Part shown: positions 1 through 6,277 of the stretch, piece after piece
How positions within the stretch are numbered: position 1 is the first letter of the stretch
How the letters are laid out: the number at the start of each line of letters is the position of its first letter
Source: Vulcanimicrobiota bacterium
GTDB taxonomy: Bacteria; Vulcanimicrobiota; Vulcanimicrobiia; Vulcanimicrobiales; Vulcanimicrobiaceae
DNA length: 11,892 nucleotides
NCBI GenBank assembly: GCA_003133025.1
Contig: PKZK01000075.1
Span: forward strand, 1 to 11,892
Reading direction: 5' to 3'
The notes under the pieces: model-generated
Seen by the model: the letters and a program-made list of their open reading frames with translations, nothing else
Databases searched by the model: none
What the model was told of the DNA's origin: nothing
Made by a program: the position numbers and the translations under genes

Positions 1-27
1 TGGAGGTGGGATTTCCCAACCAAACCC

Positions 28-33
28 GAGGAG
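28..33 (+). promoter_or_regulatory. Shine-Dalgarno sequence (GAGGAG) for the AdoMetDC gene
   Basis: GAGGAG at 28-33 is followed by a 12-nt A-rich spacer and then TTG at 46. Confidence 0.6.
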
Positions 34-45
34 ACGAAACAAGAA

Positions 46-462
46 TTGGAAGCACGTGGGACGCACATCATCTGCGAGCTGTCGGGTTGCGACGCTCGAG
101 TGCTCACGGATGTCGACCGGGTCCGGTCGATCATGGTCGCGGCGGCCAAAGAGGCCAATGCCGAAATTTTAAAAGTGGCCTTTCACCGGTTTGAGCCTCA
201 CGGCGTGTCCGGGGTCGTGGTTATCGCCGAATCGCATCTGTCGATCCATACCTGGCCCGAGTCGGGCTACGCCGCCGTCGATTTCTACACGTGCGGCGAC
301 CACACGGATCCCTGGCGCGCCTGCGAGTATGCGGCCCAGGAACTGCATGCCGACTCCATGCTGACGACGGAGGTCAAGCGCGGTATCGCGTCGACCAACG
401 GGCAGTACACGCACGTCGTCCACGAGCACGCGGGCCGGGCGACGGCGAAGCGTTCCGCGTAG
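46..462 (+). CDS. speH: S-adenosylmethionine decarboxylase proenzyme (pyruvoyl-dependent, class 1B; SpeH/SpeD)
   Basis: Motifs GxH, FxPxGVSGVVVIAE|SHLSIHTWPE and DFYTCG are present. From the TTG start, F49, S55, E62|S63 (autocleavage site, pyruvoyl Ser), H68, W70, E72 and C83 match the Thermotoga maritima AdoMetDC numbering as I recall it. speE lies downstream. The frame is open back to base 1, so the start is inferred from homology and the SD. Confidence 0.93.
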   Translation: MEARGTHIICELSGCDARVLTDVDRVRSIMVAAAKEANAEILKVAFHRFEPHGVSGVVVIAESHLSIHTWPESGYAAVDFYTCGDHTDPWRACEYAAQELHADSMLTTEVKRGIASTNGQYTHVVHEHAGRATAKRSA

Positions 463-469
463 ATAGATG

Positions 470-492
470 CGGCCCGAGCCGGGCTCGGGCCG
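470..492. repeat. Perfect GC-rich inverted repeat (11-bp arms, 1-nt centre) just after the speH stop
   Basis: CGGCCCGAGCC-G-GGCTCGGGCCG: 470-480 is the exact reverse complement of 482-492. There is no U-tract on either side. Confidence 0.85.
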
Positions 493-538
493 TCAGCAGT
501 AGACCGGCCGCCCGGCCCCGCAGTTCGCGGCCGAGGCA

Positions 539-2011
539 ATGAAAAAGGGAACCCTCCACTTGGTACGACTGACCTCGGTCCGTCCGCGCATGTTCGGCGT
601 GGCTGTAGCACTCATCGCACTCGGTCTCGCGGCCTGCGGCAAATCGTCGACGCCGAGCCCCTCGCCGACGGCGACGCCGACCCCGGTCCCCACCGGCACC
701 GTGACGCCCGGGTGCACGACGGCCAGTTCGGGCATCGCCTTCCTGCCCGACGGCGGCGGCGGCTCCTCGTTCCAAGGCATCCAAGTGGTCCACTTCGAGC
801 AGGTCGGCGGTCAGCTCTGTGCGGCCCCGGCAATCGTGCAGGTTCCCTTCCAAGGCTCGGTCGGTCCGTTCTGGATCGCGCCCGACGACTCGTTTGCGGT
901 AGCGGCCTACTCGACGACCGGCGGACCGCCGTTCACCGAGATTCAGGACGTCTGCTGCATCGCGGGCGGCATCATTCCGATCGGCTCGGCATATAACGTG
1001 ACCCTCGTGCCCACGCCGGCGCCCAGCGTGACCCCAACCGCGGAGCCGAGCATCCTGCCCGTGCTCAGCGACGTGGGCGGCCTTGCCTCCATCGGCTCCG
1101 GCTCTTCGGGCGTCGGCGTCGTCGCCGGTTTCGGCAACGGCATTCTAGCGGTGAACTCCTTGACGTTTGCGCCGCCGCAGTTCGGCGGCTTCGCGCCGTA
1201 CCAGGGCGCAACGCCCGGCCCGGGTTTCCTCGACCGGCCGACGATCGTGACCTCGAACGAGACCCCGCCGACCACGTTGCTCGTGCGCGGCTCCTACGAC
1301 ATCTTAGGCTACCACACGACGCTCGTTGCGACGGGCTATCAATTCAAGCAGGTCTCCCAGTCGACCACGCTCGGCTACGGCACGAACAAGGTGTTGCGCG
1401 GCACGGGCGGCATGGCCATCAATCCCGCCAACTCAGCCACCGGCATCGTGATCCAGGCGCCGGGCACCAACAGCATCGCCTCCATCACCAACCTGCCCAG
1501 CGCCATCAACGTGGGCTCGATCCTCACGCTGCCCTCGACCCCGCGCTCGGTGACCATCGCCACGGAAGGCAAGATCGCGATCGTCGGGGCCGACGACGGC
1601 TTCTACGTGCTCACGGGCGCGAATACGGGCGGTCTGAGCTTCGTGGCGCCCTTTGCGCCCAATCCGGCCGACCCGCGGGCCAACGCGCCGATGTTCGTCG
1701 GCTGCAACGGCACCAAGTACCGGATGACCAACGTGACCTCGGTGCGTCTGTCCTCCGATCAGAAGTATCTCGTGGTGGTCGGCTCCCCGCCGGGCCAGAG
1801 CTGCCCCGGCGGCTTGAACACGTCGCTGATCGCGCTGCCGTTCAACACTTCGACCGGCATCCAGCCGACGCCGTCGCCGGTGCCCACCAAGGGCCCGACG
1901 CCCGCGCCGCCGGCGACGCCGAGCCCGGTGCCGACCGCCGCGCCGACGATGTTCACGCAGAACGGGCTGATCAATCAGCCCGGCGATACGGATTACCTCA
2001 TCGTCCACTAG
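539..2011 (+). CDS. Putative lipoprotein of unknown function with Pro/Thr-rich linkers and a beta-strand-rich (possibly beta-propeller) body
   Basis: The 490-aa ORF has GC3-rich codons. A basic N-region and hydrophobic h-region (FGVAVALIALG) lead to lipobox LAA|C (Cys codon 635-637) followed by GKSS. It has three P/T-rich tracts. The start is uncertain: ATG539 has GAGG only 2 nt upstream, TTG560 follows AAAGGGA by 9 nt, and ATG590 is also possible. Confidence 0.8.
   Translation: MKKGTLHLVRLTSVRPRMFGVAVALIALGLAACGKSSTPSPSPTATPTPVPTGTVTPGCTTASSGIAFLPDGGGGSSFQGIQVVHFEQVGGQLCAAPAIVQVPFQGSVGPFWIAPDDSFAVAAYSTTGGPPFTEIQDVCCIAGGIIPIGSAYNVTLVPTPAPSVTPTAEPSILPVLSDVGGLASIGSGSSGVGVVAGFGNGILAVNSLTFAPPQFGGFAPYQGATPGPGFLDRPTIVTSNETPPTTLLVRGSYDILGYHTTLVATGYQFKQVSQSTTLGYGTNKVLRGTGGMAINPANSATGIVIQAPGTNSIASITNLPSAINVGSILTLPSTPRSVTIATEGKIAIVGADDGFYVLTGANTGGLSFVAPFAPNPADPRANAPMFVGCNGTKYRMTNVTSVRLSSDQKYLVVVGSPPGQSCPGGLNTSLIALPFNTSTGIQPTPSPVPTKGPTPAPPATPSPVPTAAPTMFTQNGLINQPGDTDYLIVH
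650..709 (+). repeat. Pro/Thr/Ser low-complexity tether after the lipidated Cys
   Basis: Encodes TPSPSPTATPTPVPTGTVTP. Confidence 0.8.
1865..1948 (+). repeat. Pro/Thr low-complexity tract near the lipoprotein C-terminus
   Basis: Encodes PTPSPVPTKGPTPAPPATPSPVPTAAPT, in which TPSPVPT occurs twice. Confidence 0.8.
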
Positions 2012-2029
2012 ATCGTCGGACGAGAGCAG

Positions 2030-2917
2030 ATGCCGAAAACCGAGTACTGGCAGTGGTACGTGGAGCAATTCGCTCCCACGGAAGCGCATCACCATGCGAT
2101 CGAGGAGACGTACTACGCCGGTCGTACGGAATTCCAACACGTCGCCGTCATCCGCACGCCGGTCTTCGGTAAGATGCTGGTGCTCGACGGCGACACGCAA
2201 AGTTCCCAAGCCGACGAGCGCATCTATCACGAGAGCCTGGTGCACCCCGCGCTCGCCGCGCTGGACCGGCGCGACGAAGTCCTGATCCTGGGCGGCGGCG
2301 AGGGTGCGACGCTGCGCGAGGTCTTGCGCCGTCCCGACGTCGCCCGCTGCACGATGGTCGACATCGACGGCCAGGTGGTCGATCTTTCCAAACGCTTCTT
2401 GCCCGAATGGGGCGACGGCGCGTTCGAGGATCCGCGTGCGCGGGTGATCATCGGCGACGCGCTGGCCTTTCTGCGCGAGGATCGCGAGAGCTACGCGGCC
2501 ATCATCTCGGACCTGACCGAGCCGCTCGAGGATTCGCCCTCGAATCCGCTCTTCTGCGAAGACGTGTTCGTCGACATCAAGCGGCGCCTGGCCCCCGGCG
2601 GGGTCTACGTCTTACAAGCCAGCACCGCCGGTTTTCACAACATGCGGCTACACGCTAAAATGGCCCGCACGCTGCGACGCCACTACCGCTTCGTGCGCTC
2701 GTTTTTCACGCACGTTCCGGCCTTCGACAACGATTGGGCCTTCCTCGCCTGCAGCGACGCCGTCGACCTCGCGGGGCTCGAGGCTGCGCGCATCGACGCG
2801 TACGTCGCGGGCTTGCGCGGGGAGAATTACTTCTACGATGCGGAGACCCACCGCCGGATCTTCAGCCTGCCGCTCTACCTGCGTCGCGAACTCGCCAAAG
2901 ACGGTGACGTATTTTGA
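2030..2917 (+). CDS. speE: Polyamine aminopropyltransferase (spermidine synthase family)
   Basis: Motifs LVLDGDTQS, DERIYHESLVHP, VLILGGGEGATLREV (dcSAM binding), MVDID, DPR, IISDLTEP and LAPGG are present. AdoMetDC lies upstream. Confidence 0.93.
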   Translation: MPKTEYWQWYVEQFAPTEAHHHAIEETYYAGRTEFQHVAVIRTPVFGKMLVLDGDTQSSQADERIYHESLVHPALAALDRRDEVLILGGGEGATLREVLRRPDVARCTMVDIDGQVVDLSKRFLPEWGDGAFEDPRARVIIGDALAFLREDRESYAAIISDLTEPLEDSPSNPLFCEDVFVDIKRRLAPGGVYVLQASTAGFHNMRLHAKMARTLRRHYRFVRSFFTHVPAFDNDWAFLACSDAVDLAGLEAARIDAYVAGLRGENYFYDAETHRRIFSLPLYLRRELAKDGDVF

Positions 2918-3375
2918 ACGAGTTCATGAGCGACGTCGAGCACGCCATCAGCACCTGGGACAAGCAAAAGGCGAACTTCATCAAGACCCTCGACCTGCAC
3001 TTGGAAGACGTGGGCGAGGGCAAGGCGCGCATGCGCATGCCCTTCCGCTCGCAGGTGATGAACAACGCCGGCGCGATCCACGGCGGCGCGATCGTGAGCC
3101 TCTGCGATACCGCTTTCTGGGTCGCGCTCGCTTCCGTGTACGGCGTCATGCAGCCCACGGCGACCGCCTCGCTCAACTGCAGCTTTCTGCGGCCGGCCTT
3201 GCCGCCACACGATCTGATCGCGCATGCGACCGTGCTCAAGCCGGGCCGGCGGATCGTCTACGGTGAGGTGCACGTTTACAGCGGCGAGAAACTCGTCGCA
3301 CACGCGACGCTGAGCTTCCTGAACACGCCGCTCGACGAACTCGGGAAGCGATCCGGTCACGAAGGAGACGCTTGA
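2914..3375 (+). CDS. PaaI-family (hotdog fold) thioesterase
   Basis: Contains the NNAGAIHGGAIVSLCD motif (N..G.HGG...D), LNCSFLRPA and VLKPGRRIVYGEV. The start is either TTG2914 (TTGA overlap with the speE stop) or ATG2926. Confidence 0.85.
   Translation: MNEFMSDVEHAISTWDKQKANFIKTLDLHLEDVGEGKARMRMPFRSQVMNNAGAIHGGAIVSLCDTAFWVALASVYGVMQPTATASLNCSFLRPALPPHDLIAHATVLKPGRRIVYGEVHVYSGEKLVAHATLSFLNTPLDELGKRSGHEGDA
3361..3367 (+). promoter_or_regulatory. Shine-Dalgarno sequence for gcvT, embedded in the thioesterase 3' end
   Basis: GAAGGAG lies 7 nt upstream of ATG3375, with a TGATG stop/start overlap. Confidence 0.75.
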
Positions 3376-4475
3376 TGCAAACCCCCGAGACGTTGCGCCG
3401 CACCGCGCTGCACGCCGAGCACGTCGCCTTGGGCGGACGGCTCGTGCCCTTCGCCGGTTTCGAGATGCCCGTGCAGTACGCGGGAATCCTCAAGGAGCAC
3501 GAGGCGGTGCGCAAACGCGCGGGCCTCTTCGACCTCTCGCACATGGCGCAGTTCGAGCTGTGGGGTGAGGAGGCTGCCGCCTGGGCCGACACGCTGACCG
3601 TCAACGCGGTCGCAACGATGAAGCCGTTTCAGGCGCGCTACAATCTTTTCACCAACGAAGCGGGCGGCACGCTCGACGACGTGCTGTTCTATCGCTTGCC
3701 CGACCGTCTGCTGCTGGTCTGCAACGCGTCCAATGCGGACAAGATGTGGGACTGGTTGCAGGCCCGTTCTTCGCCGGCCGTCAGGCTCGTGAACCATCAC
3801 GGCTCGCGCGCGCTGATCGCCGTGCAGGGTCCGCGCGCCGTTGAAATCCTCGCGCCGTTCGTCGACATCGACATCGCCGCGTTGAAGTATTACTTCTGCG
3901 CGGAAGCCGCAGTCGACGGCGTGGCCGCCGTCGTCGCGCGCACGGGATATACCGGCGAGGACGGTTTCGAACTGTTCGTCTCCGGCGCAGAGGCGCCGGC
4001 GCTCTGGCGCCGCCTGCTCGAAGCCGGACGCGCGGCGGGACTCGAGCCCGCCGGCCTCGGCGCACGAGACATGCTCCGGCTCGAAGCGGGCATGCCGCTG
4101 TACGGCTTCGAATTGAGCGAGCAACTTTCGCCGCTCGCCGGCGGTCAGGGCTGGGCGGTGAAGCTTTCGAAACCCGAGTTCGTCGGCAAGGCCGCCCTCG
4201 CGGCCCAGCTCGAGGCCGACGACTACGCGCGCATCGCCGGATTCGTCATGGACGGCCGCGTGCCGGCCCGCACCGGCTACCCCGTTTTCTCCGGCGACCG
4301 GCGCGTCGGCGAAGTGCGCAGCGCCTCGTTCTCGCCCTCCTACGGCGGCCGGAACATCGGCACGGTGCTGGTGGAGAAAGCGGCCGCCGCAGCGGGTACC
4401 GAACTCGGCGTCGAAATCAGGGGTACCGTTCACGGCGCGCACGTGGTGCCGCTCCCGTTCTACAAGCGCTCCTAA
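3375..4475 (+). CDS. gcvT: Glycine cleavage system aminomethyltransferase (T protein)
   Basis: Motifs FAGFEMPVQY, EHEAVR..AGLFDLSHM, ARTGYTGEDGFE and GLGARDMLRLEAGMPLYG are present, and the protein ends PFYKR. ATG3375 is preferred over TTG3372 on SD spacing. Confidence 0.96.
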   Translation: MQTPETLRRTALHAEHVALGGRLVPFAGFEMPVQYAGILKEHEAVRKRAGLFDLSHMAQFELWGEEAAAWADTLTVNAVATMKPFQARYNLFTNEAGGTLDDVLFYRLPDRLLLVCNASNADKMWDWLQARSSPAVRLVNHHGSRALIAVQGPRAVEILAPFVDIDIAALKYYFCAEAAVDGVAAVVARTGYTGEDGFELFVSGAEAPALWRRLLEAGRAAGLEPAGLGARDMLRLEAGMPLYGFELSEQLSPLAGGQGWAVKLSKPEFVGKAALAAQLEADDYARIAGFVMDGRVPARTGYPVFSGDRRVGEVRSASFSPSYGGRNIGTVLVEKAAAAAGTELGVEIRGTVHGAHVVPLPFYKRS

Positions 4476-4476
4476 G

Positions 4477-4482
4477 AAAGGA
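4477..4482 (+). promoter_or_regulatory. Shine-Dalgarno sequence for gcvH
   Basis: AAAGGA lies 5 nt upstream of ATG4488. Confidence 0.65.
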
Positions 4483-4487
4483 ACAGC

Positions 4488-4877
4488 ATGGCGCAGCCCG
4501 AGGGTCTTCTCTATAGCAAGGAACACGAGTGGACGAAGATCGAGGGTGACCTCGCGACCGTCGGCATCACCGACTACGCCCAAAACTCGCTCGGCGACAT
4601 CGTCTACGTCGAATTGCCGCGGGTCGGACAGGTTCTGAAGCAACATGCGAGCGTCGGCGTCGTCGAATCGGTGAAGGCCGTCTCCGACCTGTTCACGCCG
4701 GTCGGGGGCGAGGTCGTCGAGATCAACGGCGCGCTCGAGGGGGATCCGGCGCTGGTCAATCGCGAGCCCTTTGCGGGCGGCTGGCTCTACAGGGTGCGCG
4801 TCGCGGATGCGAGCGCGCCCGAGGGCTTGCTCTCACCGGCCGATTACGAGGCGCTGGTCGCCGAAGGAGCACACTGA
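4488..4877 (+). CDS. gcvH: Glycine cleavage system H protein (lipoyl carrier)
   Basis: Contains YSKEHEW, GITDYAQNSLGDIVYVELP and the lipoyl-Lys motif VESVKAVSDL (K63, codon 4674-4676). Confidence 0.97.
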   Translation: MAQPEGLLYSKEHEWTKIEGDLATVGITDYAQNSLGDIVYVELPRVGQVLKQHASVGVVESVKAVSDLFTPVGGEVVEINGALEGDPALVNREPFAGGWLYRVRVADASAPEGLLSPADYEALVAEGAH

Positions 4878-4903
4878 CGCAGGCTTAGGCCGGCGTAAGC
4901 ACC

Positions 4904-6277
4904 ATGTACACACCGCACACGGAATCGGAAATACGCGAGATGCTCGCGGAGACCGGCGCGAACTCGCTCGACGAACTCGTCGCCGTTCCGCCGGCAATCG
5001 CGATCAAACGCCCGCTCGAGCTTCCCGACGCCCAGCCCGAGACGACGCTCGTCCGCACGATGGAAGGCTATGCGGCGCGCAACGAAGCGCTCGGATATTC
5101 GTCGTTCCTGGGCGCGGGCGCGTACCGTCACTACTGCCCGCCGGTCGTGATGTCGCTGGCCATGCGCGGCGAGTTCGTCACGTCGTACACTCCGTATCAG
5201 GCCGAGTATTCGCAAGGCTACTTGCAGGCGATCTACGAGTGGCAGAGCTATATCGCGCTGCTGACCGGGCTCGACGTCGCCAACGCCTCGGTGTACGACG
5301 GTGCCACGGCGCTTGCCGAGGGGGCGATCATGGCCCTCAACGCGACGGGCCGCCGCGCCGTGCTCGTGTCGCGTGCGATCCACCCGAATTACCGGGCCGT
5401 GCTGCGTACGTACTGCCGCGGCCTCGACGTCGAAGTCGACGAACTGCCGGTGGCCGCCGACGGAACGACCGACCTGAGCACGCTCGAAGCGCGCTTGGCC
5501 GAAGGCCGCTACGCGGCGCTCGCGCTGCAGACGCCCAACGTGTTCGGCGCCATCGACATCCCCGCGCCCGAAGCGCGCGCGCTCATCGAGAAGAGCGGCA
5601 CGATTCCAATCGCGGTCATCGGCGAGGCGCTCGCGCTCGCGGCGTTGGCCACGCCCGCATCGTGGGGCGCGCAGATCGCGGTCGGTGAGGCGCAGTCGTT
5701 CGGCGTACCGCTCGAATACGGCGGACCCTACGTGGGCTTCATGGCTGCAACGAAGGAGCATTTGCGCCGCATCCCCGGACGTCTGGTCGGGAAGACGGTC
5801 GACGCCGAAGGCCGCAACGCGTACGTGTTGACGTTGCAGGCCCGCGAGCAGCACATCCGGCGCGAAAAAGCGACCTCCAACATCTGCACCAACCAAGCCC
5901 ACTGCGCGCTCGTGGCCACGATCTATCTGGCCGCGCTCGGCGCGAGCGGCTTGCGTGCCTGCGCGGCGCTCAACTTGGCGCGAACGCAGCGTTTGGCCGA
6001 AGTGGTCACCGCGGTTCCCGGTTTCTCCCGCGCGTTTTCCGCGCCGGTATTCAACGAGTTCGCCGTGCGCGTGCCCGCGGGCACGACCGCGGCCGAGGTG
6101 CTCGCGGGTTTGGAGGCGCGCCGCATCCTCGGCGGCGTCGATCTGGGGCGCTGGTATCCGGAATTGAGCGACTGCATCTTGATGTGCGCGACCGAACTGA
6201 CCACCGACGGCGAGATCGACGCGCTCGCCGCGGCGCTCGCATCGATCGTCGCTCGCGAAACGGCGGCCGTGCGATGA
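4904..6277 (+). CDS. gcvPA: Glycine dehydrogenase (decarboxylating) subunit 1
   Basis: Motifs FLGAGAY.H, TSYTPYQAEYSQG.LQ, NASVYDGATALAE, RRIPGRLVG and LQAREQHIRREKATSNICTNQ are present. Confidence 0.96.
   Translation: MYTPHTESEIREMLAETGANSLDELVAVPPAIAIKRPLELPDAQPETTLVRTMEGYAARNEALGYSSFLGAGAYRHYCPPVVMSLAMRGEFVTSYTPYQAEYSQGYLQAIYEWQSYIALLTGLDVANASVYDGATALAEGAIMALNATGRRAVLVSRAIHPNYRAVLRTYCRGLDVEVDELPVAADGTTDLSTLEARLAEGRYAALALQTPNVFGAIDIPAPEARALIEKSGTIPIAVIGEALALAALATPASWGAQIAVGEAQSFGVPLEYGGPYVGFMAATKEHLRRIPGRLVGKTVDAEGRNAYVLTLQAREQHIRREKATSNICTNQAHCALVATIYLAALGASGLRACAALNLARTQRLAEVVTAVPGFSRAFSAPVFNEFAVRVPAGTTAAEVLAGLEARRILGGVDLGRWYPELSDCILMCATELTTDGEIDALAAALASIVARETAAVR

Noticed and set aside
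6..194. 62-aa ORF overlapping the speH start, considered as a regulatory uORF
   Set aside because: Its GTG overlaps the GGAGG itself, leaving no SD spacing, and the peptide looks like an off-frame translation. Upstream context is missing.
46..462. SpeH as a neofunctionalised arginine or ornithine decarboxylase
   Set aside because: Such homologs exist, but the AdoMetDC active-site residues are intact here and an aminopropyltransferase is nearby. AdoMetDC is the simplest call, though only an assay would settle it.
470..492. Calling the palindrome a canonical rho-independent terminator
   Set aside because: There is no U-tract on either strand, so I kept it only as an inverted repeat.
650..1948. 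Recurring ACGCCG/CCGACG units considered as DNA repeats or a CRISPR-like array
   Set aside because: They are explained by Pro/Thr codons in the lipoprotein and show no constant repeat-spacer periodicity.
6184..6273. N-terminal extension of GcvPB in the ORF track
   Set aside because: It is an Arg-rich off-frame reading inside gcvPA. ATG6274 with an ATGA overlap is the natural start.
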